The notes: generated by a model not told the origin, from the letters alone. Shown: positions 1 to 10,655, numbered from the stretch's first letter. The stretch is 32,000 bases of DNA from Mycobacterium tuberculosis H37Rv (GCF_000195955.2 NC_000962.3:1050001-1082000); one strand, 5' to 3'. Numbers and translations are program-made.

Positions 1-346
1 CCCGATCGCCAACTGGGTGGCGGCCTGCGACGCGATGATCGCGCTGGACGCGCCCACGGTGGTGCCTGGGCATGGTCCGGTCACCGGCCCGGACGGGATC
101 CGTGCCGTCCGTGGCTATCTGGCGCACATCGCCGAACAGGCCGAGGCGGCCTACCGCAAGGGGCTATCGTTGCCCGAGGCCGTCGAGACCATCGACCTGG
201 GCGAGTACGCGAGCTGGCTGGACTCCGAACGGGTAGTGGTCAACGTCTACCAGCGTTACCGCGAATTGGATCCCGACACCCCGCGCCAGGACTTGCTGGC
301 GTTGCTGGTGATGCAGGCCGAATGGGCGGCGCGCCACTGTACGTAG
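1..346 (+). CDS. C-terminal part of an MBL-fold (metallo-beta-lactamase superfamily) hydrolase domain protein, 5' end outside the window (probably Rv0939)
   Basis: Open frame continues to the window edge; contains 'TVVPGHGPVTG', typical of the MBL-fold C-terminal half. Confidence 0.7.
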   Translation, partial: PIANWVAACDAMIALDAPTVVPGHGPVTGPDGIRAVRGYLAHIAEQAEAAYRKGLSLPEAVETIDLGEYASWLDSERVVVNVYQRYRELDPDTPRQDLLALLVMQAEWAARHCT

Positions 347-592
347 CCACTCGGGCGCGTTTGTCACGGGAATCTGCGGACCGGCGGGCGCATGGTTTGC
401 CTGTCCACGAGCGACAAAGCCAGCGCGCCAAGGATTCCCGATGGCAGCCATCACTTTGTCGCGCTGAGGCGGGCACGAAGAACATCCCGTCCAGACAGCG
501 GCCAATGTGGCGGGTGTGAAAGGCGCCGCCGAGCATGGCACCGGGTCCAACGGCTCTCACGAAGCTGATCGGGGATCGATCCGTTGTGATGC

Positions 593-1459
593 TTAAACTT
601 TCGCGATGACGTTCTCGGCGAACATCTCCAGATTGCGGATCTTGGTCTGCAGCGGCTCGGTGTCGGGGCCCATGGTGTACGGGACACGGAAACCGACGAT
701 GACGTCCGTCACCCCTTTGTCCTCGAGCCGCTTGACGCCGTCCACGGTGAAACCGTCCAGGGAGATCACGTGGATTTCGAACGGGCTGGTTTTCCCCGCT
801 TCCTCGCGAAGCCGCTTGACCCTGGCGATCAGCCGGTCGAGTTCGTCCGGATCGCCGCCGCCATGCATCCATCCATCGGCGCGCGCCGCCCGTCGCAGTG
901 CTGCATCGGCGTGGCCACCGACCAGGATCGGGATCGGCTGGGTGGGCGCCGGGGTCATCTTGGTCTTGGGTATGTCGTAGAACTCGCCGTGGAACTCGAA
1001 GTAATCGCCGGTGGTAAGGCCACGCACGATCTCGATGCATTCGTCAATCCGCTTGCCGCGCTTAGCGAACGGGACGCCCATCAGCTCGTAATCCTCCGGC
1101 CACGGGCTAGTGCCGACACCCAGCCCGACCCGGTTGCCGATCAGGGCGGCTAGGGAACCGGCCTGCTTTGCCACCAGAGCCGGCGGGCGGATGGGCAGCT
1201 TGAGGACGAAGAAGTTGAACCGCAGCCTCGTCGTGACTGCGCCCAATGCTGCTGTCAGGACAAAGGTTTCGATGAAAGGCTTGCCGTCCATGAATTCGCG
1301 GTTGCCGTCGGGTGTGTACGGGTACTTCGAGTCGGATTCGAAGGGGTAGGCGATGCTGTCGGGAATCGTCATGCTGCTGTATCCCGCCGCTTCGGCTGCC
1401 TTGGCCAGCGGGATGTAGAACGTGAAGTCGGTCATTGCCTCCGCGTAGCTGAACCGCAC
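593..1459 (-). CDS. LLM-class (probably F420-dependent) oxidoreductase (Rv0940c-like)
   Basis: 288-aa ORF; 'LAKAAEAAGYSSMTIPDS', 'RVGLGVGTSPWPEDYELMG', 'RGKRIDECIEIVRGL' are typical of the luciferase-like monooxygenase fold. Confidence 0.9.
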   Translation of the reverse strand: MRFSYAEAMTDFTFYIPLAKAAEAAGYSSMTIPDSIAYPFESDSKYPYTPDGNREFMDGKPFIETFVLTAALGAVTTRLRFNFFVLKLPIRPPALVAKQAGSLAALIGNRVGLGVGTSPWPEDYELMGVPFAKRGKRIDECIEIVRGLTTGDYFEFHGEFYDIPKTKMTPAPTQPIPILVGGHADAALRRAARADGWMHGGGDPDELDRLIARVKRLREEAGKTSPFEIHVISLDGFTVDGVKRLEDKGVTDVIVGFRVPYTMGPDTEPLQTKIRNLEMFAENVIAKV

Positions 1460-1497
1460 GTGATTGCCTTCCTCGAAGTGGCCGTCCCCAACGAGAT

Positions 1498-1511
1498 TAG
1501 AACGTGTTCTA
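1498..1511. promoter_or_regulatory. KstR-like operator TAGAACGTGTTCTA upstream of the LLM oxidoreductase gene
   Basis: Fits TNNAACNNGTTNNA; embedded in TTAGAAC-GT-GTTCTAA, 7-bp arms; 39 bp upstream of the ORF start. Confidence 0.7.
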
Positions 1512-1543
1512 ATTTGACGTGCAAGCGGGGCGCAACGGCTTGG

Positions 1544-2317
1544 TCAGAGTTGGTTCTCCGGCCCAATAATTGCCCAGACCGTCTTGCCCGACGAAGTGGG
1601 ACTGCTGCCCCAGGCGCGGGACAACGCGGCAACGATCGCCAGGCCGGAAACGTCGATGCCCTTCGGTGGGGACGCCAGCCGAACCGCCGGAGCGCTGCTG
1701 CCGTCGGAAACCGCGATGGTTGCCGTTGGGCCATCGCTTTCGATCCGCATCACCGGGTCGCTTCCGGTGTGTTTCAGCACGTTCTCCACGAATACGTTGA
1801 CGACGACCAACGCGACTGGAATAAGCCCGGGACGTGACCATTGGGTGAGCCATTCGCGGACCAACTGGCGTGACTCGCGAAGGCTGTTCAGGTTGGCGGG
1901 CAGTTGTGCGTCCGAACGCTTGAAATTGCGGCGCGCGAGCCGACCGATGGCCTTGCTCGCCGCTTTTTCGGTCGGGTACACCGGCATGAAGCGGGCGACC
2001 CCGGTGCGGGTGACCGCCGCGCGGCCGGCCCGATGGCCGCAGACCAGCAAGACCGGTACATCCGCTCGGAAGTCGGCCTGCCAGCGGGCGCTGATAAAGA
2101 CCGACCATGCCGATTCCTCGGCGACTTGCAGCTCGGTGACATTGACGATAACGGCGGACGGCTGCTCGAGCGTCGCCCTCGTGAGGCTGTCCCGGAGCAG
2201 TGCAGAACTGCTGGAGTCAAGCGCACCGTCGGCGGTCAAGATGACCACCGAATCCTGTGTACGTACCGCAATGGCCAGCGCTGTCGGTGACTTGGCTGCC
2301 GTGCTCACCGCGACCAC
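1544..2317 (-). CDS. STAS-like domain plus HATPase (anti-sigma kinase-like) domain protein (Rv0941c)
   Basis: 257-aa ORF; N-terminal 'VVILTADGALDSSSSALLRDSL...SAVIVNVTEL' resembles STAS; 'VVVNVFVENVLKHTGSDPVMRIE...ATIAVSDGSSAP' resembles an RsbW-like N-box and G1 region. Confidence 0.7.
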   Translation of the reverse strand: MVAVSTAAKSPTALAIAVRTQDSVVILTADGALDSSSSALLRDSLTRATLEQPSAVIVNVTELQVAEESAWSVFISARWQADFRADVPVLLVCGHRAGRAAVTRTGVARFMPVYPTEKAASKAIGRLARRNFKRSDAQLPANLNSLRESRQLVREWLTQWSRPGLIPVALVVVNVFVENVLKHTGSDPVMRIESDGPTATIAVSDGSSAPAVRLASPPKGIDVSGLAIVAALSRAWGSSPTSSGKTVWAIIGPENQL

Positions 2318-2359
2318 TTCCTTGCGTCCCTTGCCCCGGCGTCAGGTGCACATCGCAAC

Positions 2360-2638
2360 TTGGGTCGGAGTGCCACCATAGCCATGGTTCCGAAACGGCG
2401 GGACGCCATGAACCGGCATTCCGGTCCCATCCTGTCGTCCGGTTTCATAGCCAGCTCCTCGAACTCCTGTCCCGCCAATAGCTTGAGGATGCCGTCCGCC
2501 TTGGCGGCAGAAACCCTATCTTTTGATGATCGCGCCGTCCGGCGCAGCACCCATCACCCAGGGGGTGGTTACCCACAAAAACACGCGATCAACCTCCAGT
2601 CCGGGCTATGCCCAGCCTATGCAAACGCCAGCAGGTAG
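2360..2638 (+). CDS. hypothetical short ORF (annotated as Rv0942 in H37Rv); weak coding support
   Basis: 92-aa ORF with no recognisable domain and an antisense competing ORF at 2305-2550. Confidence 0.3.
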   Translation: MGRSATIAMVPKRRDAMNRHSGPILSSGFIASSSNSCPANSLRMPSALAAETLSFDDRAVRRSTHHPGGGYPQKHAINLQSGLCPAYANASR

Positions 2639-2695
2639 GGCCCGGGAATCCGGCCAACAAAGATCAACGAACGCCGCGCCGGCGCCGGGATGCGT

Positions 2696-3736
2696 TCAAG
2701 TGGTGGCCGAGGCTGGGCCGCTTCGGGCATAGGGCGGTGGGCCCACTCCGGCGACCGAGTGGGTACCCCACGGTGTTTGTTCAGTGATGCGTGCGGGTGC
2801 GCTACGTCCGCCGATGGTTAACGTCGCCGCCCGGGCATGGGTGAGTGAAGTCTCGGGCAAGGAATCGAATACGGTGCCCTGCCAGTGGTAGTTGCCGTCG
2901 ATCGGATCGAGGTGACCGGTAAGCCGGACGCGGACCCGAAAGCGGGCACCAGCGAGCGTTAGCGTCGCCGCACCGTCGTAGGTCTGATCGTCCTCGGTCG
3001 CCGCGGATGACAAGTCGAACGCTTCGAGGCCCCCAGTCTGCCGATGGGGCTGAGCGGGTTTGAGTTGGGCGCGCTCGTTGAATACCTGCTGGCTGCTGCG
3101 GCGCACCTCGATGCGGCGGCTGGCCGTGCGCTCCATGAGCTTCATGCATTCGACGACGCAGCGTGCCTGCGCGGCGGTATCGGGCCCGGTGATGAAGAAG
3201 TAGTTGGGGAAACCGTGAACGGCGACGCCGAGGTAGGGCTCCATGCCATCGTCCCAGGCTTGGCGGATGGTCACACCGCCGGCACCGACCAGGGTCTGAT
3301 CGCCGACCTGATCGGCGATCGCGAACCCGGTGCCGTAGATGATGGCGTCGACGGGGTGTTCCACGCCATCGCTGGTGCGGATGCCCGAGGAGGTCAGCGC
3401 GTCGATCGCCGCCGTCGCCCAGGCGACCGCTGGATGCTCAGCCCCGGTGCGGCGACGTAGCCAGCGTTTGGCGCGTGTCGTCCACAGTGGTACTCCGGTG
3501 ACGACGCGGCGCGGTGCCTGGGTGAAGACCGTGACCGACGCCGCCGATTCAGACAACCGGCTGATGTAGTGGGCGGCGGCGGCATCGGTGCCGACCACCG
3601 CGATGCGTTTGCCGGCCGGGTCGAAATCGCGGTCCCATGCCGCCGAAGTGGGCCTGATGGGCCCGATCGCCCGTCGCGCCTGGAAACGCACCAACTTTCT
3701 GTGACCGCGACGCTCGGCCTCGCTGACGCCGGCCAC
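2696..3736 (-). CDS. flavin-containing/Baeyer-Villiger-type monooxygenase fragment with C-terminal DUF4873-like domain, lacking the N-terminal FAD-binding half (Rv0943c)
   Basis: 'AAWDRDFDPAGKRIAVVGTDAAAAHYISRLSESAASVTVFTQAPRRVV' matches the NADPH-binding segment; 'IIYGTGF' and the C-terminal beta-rich tail are present; no upstream GxGxxG FAD motif in frame. The maximal ORF extends to 3907 but overlaps the Fpg/Nei-like coding sequence. Confidence 0.75.
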   Translation of the reverse strand: MAGVSEAERRGHRKLVRFQARRAIGPIRPTSAAWDRDFDPAGKRIAVVGTDAAAAHYISRLSESAASVTVFTQAPRRVVTGVPLWTTRAKRWLRRRTGAEHPAVAWATAAIDALTSSGIRTSDGVEHPVDAIIYGTGFAIADQVGDQTLVGAGGVTIRQAWDDGMEPYLGVAVHGFPNYFFITGPDTAAQARCVVECMKLMERTASRRIEVRRSSQQVFNERAQLKPAQPHRQTGGLEAFDLSSAATEDDQTYDGAATLTLAGARFRVRVRLTGHLDPIDGNYHWQGTVFDSLPETSLTHARAATLTIGGRSAPARITEQTPWGTHSVAGVGPPPYARSGPASATT

Positions 3737-3764
3737 CGCATTGTCATCGTCGGCAGGGGTGCTG

Positions 3765-4241
3765 GTGGCCGGGACGCCGCAGCCGCGCGCGCTCGGGCCC
3801 GATGCGCTGGACGTCAGCACCGACGACCTGGCCGGGCTGTTGGCCGGCAACACCGGCCGGATCAAGACCGTCATCACCGACCAGAAGGTAATTGCCGGCA
3901 TCGGCAACGCCTATAGTGACGAAATCCTGCACGTCGCGAAGATCTCGCCGTTCGCCACGGCCGGCAAGTTATCCGGCGCACAGCTCACCTGCCTGCATGA
4001 GGCGATGGCGTCGGTGCTGTCGGACGCGGTGCGCCGGTCCGTCGGCCAGGGCGCGGCCATGCTCAAAGGGGAGAAACGTTCTGGGCTTCGAGTACATGCG
4101 CGCACCGGGTTACCCTGCCCAGTGTGCGGTGACACCGTGCGGGAGGTGTCCTTCGCGGACAAGTCTTTTCAGTACTGTCCAACGTGTCAGACCGGTGGCA
4201 AGGCGCTGGCCGACCGGCGTATGTCGCGGCTGCTCAAGTAG
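3765..4241 (+). CDS. N-terminally truncated formamidopyrimidine-DNA glycosylase/endonuclease VIII-like protein: H2TH and zinc-finger regions only (Rv0944)
   Basis: 'RIKTVITDQKVIAGIGNAYSDEILHVAKISPFA' (H2TH) and 'CPVCGDTVREVSFADKSFQYCPTCQTGGK' (zinc finger); catalytic PE(L/G)PE N-terminus absent. Confidence 0.85.
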   Translation: MAGTPQPRALGPDALDVSTDDLAGLLAGNTGRIKTVITDQKVIAGIGNAYSDEILHVAKISPFATAGKLSGAQLTCLHEAMASVLSDAVRRSVGQGAAMLKGEKRSGLRVHARTGLPCPVCGDTVREVSFADKSFQYCPTCQTGGKALADRRMSRLLK

Positions 4242-4246
4242 TCGAT

Positions 4247-5008
4247 ATGCTCACCGGAGTGACTCGCCAGAAGATCCTGATCACCGGCGCCAGTTCCGGC
4301 CTGGGCGCCGGGATGGCCCGATCCTTCGCCGCCCAGGGCCGCGACCTGGCGCTCTGCGCCCGCCGCACGGATCGGCTGACCGAACTGAAAGCCGAACTGT
4401 CGCAACGGTATCCCGACATCAAGATCGCTGTCGCGGAGCTGGACGTCAACGACCACGAGCGGGTGCCCAAGGTATTCGCCGAACTCAGCGATGAGATTGG
4501 CGGCATTGACCGTGTGATCGTCAACGCCGGAATCGGCAAGGGTGCCCGGCTGGGCTCGGGCAAGCTGTGGGCGAACAAGGCAACCATCGAAACCAACCTG
4601 GTCGCCGCACTCGTGCAGATCGAAACGGCACTGGACATGTTCAACCAGCGCGGTTCGGGGCATTTGGTGCTCATCTCCTCAGTGCTCGGCGTCAAAGGGG
4701 TGCCGGGCGTCAAAGCCGCGTATGCGGCAAGCAAAGCCGGTGTGCGCTCGCTAGGCGAATCGCTGCGCGCCGAGTACGCCCAACGCCCCATCAGGGTCAC
4801 GGTGCTGGAGCCGGGTTATATCGAGTCGGAGATGACGGCCAAATCGGCGAGCACAATGTTGATGGTGGACAACGCAACTGGCGTCAAGGCGCTGGTGGCC
4901 GCCATCGAGCGCGAGCCCGGACGCGCCGCGGTCCCCTGGTGGCCATGGGCGCCACTGGTGCGGCTGATGTGGGTGCTGCCGCCGCGGCTGACCAGACGCT
5001 TCGCCTAG
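4247..5008 (+). CDS. short-chain dehydrogenase/reductase (Rv0945)
   Basis: 'ILITGASSGLGAGMARSFAAQG' Rossmann motif and 'YAASKAG' active site; ATG at 4247. Confidence 0.9.
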   Translation: MLTGVTRQKILITGASSGLGAGMARSFAAQGRDLALCARRTDRLTELKAELSQRYPDIKIAVAELDVNDHERVPKVFAELSDEIGGIDRVIVNAGIGKGARLGSGKLWANKATIETNLVAALVQIETALDMFNQRGSGHLVLISSVLGVKGVPGVKAAYAASKAGVRSLGESLRAEYAQRPIRVTVLEPGYIESEMTAKSASTMLMVDNATGVKALVAAIEREPGRAAVPWWPWAPLVRLMWVLPPRLTRRFA

Positions 5009-5023
5009 CGGGCGCTCGGCCAC

Positions 5024-6685
5024 CTAGCCCGCGCGGCCACGTTCGGTGCGGTAGCGGCGCACCAGCCCGTCGGTCGAGCTGTCCGACTGCGGTGGCGGTG
5101 AACCGGCGCCGGTGATTACCGGAAGCAGCGCCTTGGCCTGCGTCTTGCCCAGCTCCACCCCCCACTGGTCGAACGAGTCGATACCCCACACCACACCCTC
5201 GGTGAACACCTGATGCTCGTAGAGCGCGATCAACTGCCCCAGCACCGACGGCGTGAGCCGACTGGCCAGAATTGAGGTGGACGGCCGGTTGCCGGGCATC
5301 ACCTTATGCGCTACCACGTGGGCGGGGGTGCCGTCGGCGGCGATCTCCTCGGCGGTCTTGCCGAACGCCAGCACCTGGGTTTGGGCGAAGAAGTTGCTCA
5401 TCAGCAGATCATGCATGCTGCCGGTGCCCTCGGCGGTCGGCAGGTCGTCGAGGGGTTGAGCAAAGCCGATGAAATCGGCTGGCACCAGCCGGGTGCCCTG
5501 GTGCAGCAACTGGTAGAAGGCGTGCTGGCCGTTGGTTCCCGGTTCACCCCAAAAGATTTCACCGGTGTCGGCGCTGACCGGGCTGCCGTCGGCGCGCGTG
5601 GACTTGCCGTTGGATTCCATGGTCAACTGCTGAAGGTAGGCCGGAAAACGCGACAAGTCATTGGAATACGGCAGCACGGTGCGTGATTGCGCACCGAAGA
5701 AATTGGAGTACCACAGTCCGATCAGGCCAAGCAGCACCGGCGCGTTGGATTCCAGCGGAGCGGTCGCGAAATGGCGGTCGATGATGTGGAATCCGGCCAA
5801 GAAATCGGCGAAGGCGTCGCGGCCGATCACCGTCATCAACGACAGCCCGATCGCCGAATCCACCGAATAACGCCCGCCGACCCAATCCCAAAAACCGAAC
5901 ATGTTGTCGGTGTTGATGCCGAAGTCGTCGACCAGGCGCTTGTTGGTGGACACCGCGACAAAATGCCGCGACACCGCGGCGTCGCCCAGCGCATCGGTCA
6001 GCCAGCGACGCGCCGCGGTCGCATTGGTCAATGTCTCCAGCGTCGAGAACGTCTTCGACGCGACGATGAAAAGCGTTGTGGCGGGGTCTAGATCGGCGAG
6101 CGTGGCGATCAGGTCGGCGGGATCGACGTTGGACACGAAGCGCGCGGAAATGCCCGCGTCGGCATAGTGGCGCAACGCTTGGTACACCATCACCGGACCC
6201 AAATCCGAACCACCGATGCCGATGTTGACGACGGTGCTGATCCGCTTTCCAGTTGCTCCGGTCCACTCGCCGCTGCGCAGGCGGTCGGTGAAGGCGCCCA
6301 TCGCGTCGAGCACGGCATGTACGTCGGTGACGACGTCTTGGCCGTCGACGACGAGTTCGGCGTCTCGGGGCAGCCGCAGCGCGGTGTGCAACACCGCTCG
6401 ATCCTCAGAGGTGTTGATATGCACACCGGCGAACATCTGGTCGCGACGCTCTTCGAGGTGGGCCGTCCGGGCCAGATCGATCAGCAGCGCCAGCGTCTCG
6501 CGGGTGACGCGGTGTTTGCTGTAGTCGATGTAGAGATCGCCGACGCTGACGGTGAGCTCCCGGCCGCGACCCGGATCGTCGGCGAAGAACTGGCGAAGAT
6601 GGGTGTTTCCGATCTGATCGTGATGTCTGCGCAGGGCGTCCCATGCCGGGGTAGCGGTGATGTCGGGGATTGGCGCGGAGGTCAT
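5024..6685 (-). CDS. pgi: glucose-6-phosphate isomerase
   Basis: 553-aa ORF; '[14 protein letters not shown]', '[18 protein letters not shown]', '[14 protein letters not shown]' signatures. Confidence 0.98.
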   Translation of the reverse strand: MTSAPIPDITATPAWDALRRHHDQIGNTHLRQFFADDPGRGRELTVSVGDLYIDYSKHRVTRETLALLIDLARTAHLEERRDQMFAGVHINTSEDRAVLHTALRLPRDAELVVDGQDVVTDVHAVLDAMGAFTDRLRSGEWTGATGKRISTVVNIGIGGSDLGPVMVYQALRHYADAGISARFVSNVDPADLIATLADLDPATTLFIVASKTFSTLETLTNATAARRWLTDALGDAAVSRHFVAVSTNKRLVDDFGINTDNMFGFWDWVGGRYSVDSAIGLSLMTVIGRDAFADFLAGFHIIDRHFATAPLESNAPVLLGLIGLWYSNFFGAQSRTVLPYSNDLSRFPAYLQQLTMESNGKSTRADGSPVSADTGEIFWGEPGTNGQHAFYQLLHQGTRLVPADFIGFAQPLDDLPTAEGTGSMHDLLMSNFFAQTQVLAFGKTAEEIAADGTPAHVVAHKVMPGNRPSTSILASRLTPSVLGQLIALYEHQVFTEGVVWGIDSFDQWGVELGKTQAKALLPVITGAGSPPPQSDSSTDGLVRRYRTERGRAG

Positions 6686-6845
6686 GGTTCGACCCTAATG
6701 CCGTGGAGTGGCGTCGATCAGAGCCGCTGTCTTCGCCGAGCCTTTAGTTATCGTGCTCGGCGGCACTCGCCGTTTGTCGCGGTATCTACAGGCTCGGCGA
6801 TGCGGGCCTGCGCTCTCGCGGCCTCGGCCCCCGCCGAGGCCGCTG

Positions 6846-7963
<1,118 letters not shown>

Positions 7964-8259
7964 CCGGTACTGGGCCTCACACAAGAGACGAGCCCCGAAT
8001 CCGGAAGCGGACCACGGGGCTCTGCGAAAGCAGCTAGACCACGGGCACCGCTGGCCGGTACCCGTAGAAAAATCGGCGCTGCGCGTTGAGCACGAACCGA
8101 GTGTGCCATCAACGGACGCGCCCGCGCAAAAACTTGGCGGGAAAAGTGCACCCAAAATTGGGTGGTGGCGCCGAAGGACCTGCCGCGTGGCGATGAGCCT
8201 GGCCAGGCTATGCCGCGGTCCGCCGACTCGTCGCCGCGCGGCGGTAAGTTTGGACCGAC

Positions 8260-10575
8260 ATGAGTGTGCACGCGACCGACGCCAAGCCTCCCGGTCCATC
8301 CCCAGCGGACCAACTGCTCGACGGCCTCAACCCGCAACAGCGCCAGGCGGTCGTGCATGAGGGTTCGCCGCTGCTGATCGTCGCGGGCGCGGGTTCGGGT
8401 AAGACCGCGGTGTTGACCCGCCGCATTGCCTATCTGATGGCGGCCCGCGGCGTCGGGGTGGGCCAGATTCTGGCCATCACCTTCACCAACAAAGCCGCCG
8501 CCGAGATGCGCGAACGGGTGGTGGGCCTGGTTGGGGAGAAGGCCCGGTACATGTGGGTGTCGACGTTTCACTCCACCTGCGTGCGTATCCTGCGCAACCA
8601 GGCGGCGCTGATCGAGGGCCTCAACTCCAACTTTTCGATCTATGACGCCGACGATTCGCGGCGGTTGCTGCAGATGGTGGGCCGCGACCTGGGCCTAGAC
8701 ATCAAGCGGTACTCGCCGCGACTGCTGGCTAACGCCATCTCCAACCTGAAGAACGAGTTGATCGACCCGCATCAGGCGCTGGCCGGCTTAACGGAGGACT
8801 CCGATGACCTAGCGCGCGCCGTGGCGTCGGTTTATGACGAATACCAGCGGCGGCTGCGGGCGGCCAACGCGCTGGACTTCGACGACCTGATCGGCGAGAC
8901 CGTCGCGGTGCTGCAGGCCTTCCCGCAGATCGCCCAGTACTACCGTCGGAGGTTCCGGCATGTCCTGGTTGACGAATACCAGGACACCAACCACGCCCAG
9001 TACGTATTGGTGCGCGAGCTGGTCGGCCGCGACAGCAATGACGGTATTCCCCCCGGCGAGTTGTGCGTCGTCGGGGATGCCGATCAGTCGATCTATGCGT
9101 TCCGCGGCGCCACCATCCGCAACATCGAAGACTTCGAACGTGACTACCCCGACACCAGAACCATTCTGCTGGAACAGAATTACCGCTCGACGCAGAACAT
9201 CCTGTCGGCGGCCAACTCGGTGATTGCCCGTAACGCGGGGCGCCGGGAGAAGCGGTTGTGGACCGACGCCGGCGCCGGGGAGTTGATCGTTGGCTATGTC
9301 GCCGACAACGAGCACGACGAGGCCCGGTTCGTGGCCGAGGAGATCGATGCGCTCGCCGAGGGTAGCGAGATCACCTACAACGATGTCGCCGTCTTCTACC
9401 GCACCAACAACTCGTCGCGGTCACTGGAAGAGGTGCTGATCCGCGCCGGTATTCCGTACAAGGTCGTTGGGGGAGTGCGCTTTTACGAGCGCAAGGAGAT
9501 TCGCGACATCGTTGCCTACCTGCGCGTGCTGGACAACCCGGGCGACGCGGTCAGCCTACGGCGCATCCTTAACACCCCGCGCCGCGGTATCGGGGATCGT
9601 GCCGAGGCGTGTGTGGCGGTGTACGCCGAGAACACCGGCGTCGGCTTCGGTGACGCGCTCGTCGCCGCGGCCCAAGGCAAAGTACCGATGCTGAATACCC
9701 GGGCGGAGAAGGCGATCGCGGGTTTCGTCGAGATGTTCGACGAGCTGCGGGGCCGCCTCGATGACGACCTGGGGGAGCTGGTCGAGGCGGTGCTGGAACG
9801 CACCGGATACCGCCGCGAGCTGGAAGCGTCCACCGATCCACAGGAATTGGCCCGCCTGGACAACCTCAACGAATTAGTCAGCGTCGCACACGAATTCAGT
9901 ACCGACCGGGAGAATGCCGCCGCACTTGGCCCAGACGACGAAGACGTCCCCGACACCGGTGTGCTGGCGGATTTTCTGGAACGGGTGTCGCTGGTCGCCG
10001 ACGCCGATGAGATCCCGGAGCATGGCGCGGGTGTGGTTACCTTGATGACCTTGCACACCGCCAAGGGTTTGGAGTTCCCGGTGGTGTTTGTGACCGGCTG
10101 GGAGGACGGGATGTTCCCGCACATGCGGGCGTTGGACAACCCGACCGAGTTGTCCGAGGAGCGGCGGCTGGCCTATGTCGGCATCACCCGCGCCCGGCAG
10201 CGGTTGTACGTGAGCCGGGCGATCGTGCGTTCGTCTTGGGGCCAGCCGATGCTCAACCCGGAGTCGCGGTTTCTGCGGGAAATCCCGCAGGAGCTCATCG
10301 ACTGGCGGCGCACCGCCCCGAAGCCGTCGTTCAGTGCCCCGGTGAGTGGCGCCGGTCGGTTCGGTAGCGCGCGTCCATCACCGACCCGCTCGGGGGCGAG
10401 CAGGCGCCCGCTGCTGGTGCTTCAGGTCGGCGACCGCGTGACCCATGACAAATACGGCCTGGGCCGTGTCGAGGAGGTCTCCGGTGTCGGCGAATCGGCG
10501 ATGTCGCTGATCGACTTCGGTAGCTCGGGGCGGGTGAAGCTGATGCACAACCACGCCCCTGTCACCAAGCTCTGA
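8260..10575 (+). CDS. uvrD1: ATP-dependent DNA helicase, UvrD/PcrA type (superfamily I)
   Basis: 771-aa ORF; 'IVAGAGSGKTAVLTRRIAYL', 'LVDEYQDTNHAQY', 'VVGDADQSIYAFRGA', 'VTLMTLHTAKGLEFPVVFVTGWEDG', C-terminal 'VGDRVTHDKYGLGRVEEV'. Confidence 0.98.
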   Translation: MSVHATDAKPPGPSPADQLLDGLNPQQRQAVVHEGSPLLIVAGAGSGKTAVLTRRIAYLMAARGVGVGQILAITFTNKAAAEMRERVVGLVGEKARYMWVSTFHSTCVRILRNQAALIEGLNSNFSIYDADDSRRLLQMVGRDLGLDIKRYSPRLLANAISNLKNELIDPHQALAGLTEDSDDLARAVASVYDEYQRRLRAANALDFDDLIGETVAVLQAFPQIAQYYRRRFRHVLVDEYQDTNHAQYVLVRELVGRDSNDGIPPGELCVVGDADQSIYAFRGATIRNIEDFERDYPDTRTILLEQNYRSTQNILSAANSVIARNAGRREKRLWTDAGAGELIVGYVADNEHDEARFVAEEIDALAEGSEITYNDVAVFYRTNNSSRSLEEVLIRAGIPYKVVGGVRFYERKEIRDIVAYLRVLDNPGDAVSLRRILNTPRRGIGDRAEACVAVYAENTGVGFGDALVAAAQGKVPMLNTRAEKAIAGFVEMFDELRGRLDDDLGELVEAVLERTGYRRELEASTDPQELARLDNLNELVSVAHEFSTDRENAAALGPDDEDVPDTGVLADFLERVSLVADADEIPEHGAGVVTLMTLHTAKGLEFPVVFVTGWEDGMFPHMRALDNPTELSEERRLAYVGITRARQRLYVSRAIVRSSWGQPMLNPESRFLREIPQELIDWRRTAPKPSFSAPVSGAGRFGSARPSPTRSGASRRPLLVLQVGDRVTHDKYGLGRVEEVSGVGESAMSLIDFGSSGRVKLMHNHAPVTKL

Positions 10576-10655
10576 GATTTCGCGCCGAGCGTGAAGTCAC
10601 GGCGGCTATTTCGCGGATTTCTCGCCCTGAGAACACGTTCGGCGTCGTTGCCGGG

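Noticed and set aside
3741-3800. Plus-strand frame reading 'HRIVIVGRGAGGRDAAAARARARCAG', which looks like an FAD-binding GxGxxG motif near the truncated monooxygenase
   Set aside because: Tempting as an inverted scrap of the lost FAD domain, but it is very short, Ala/Arg-rich as expected from GC-rich DNA, and runs directly into sequence that encodes the Fpg/Nei-like 'LGPDALD' in another frame.
2696-3907. Full 403-aa extent of the monooxygenase ORF
   Set aside because: The first ~57 residues are antisense to the conserved H2TH region of the Fpg/Nei-like gene and do not resemble a monooxygenase N-terminus, so a start near 3736 is preferred.
10629-10642. GAACACGTTC palindrome between uvrD1 and the M23 peptidase gene
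   Set aside because: It resembles the KstR core, but the outer T/A positions are G/G and it sits between convergent 3' ends, so a regulatory role is not supported.
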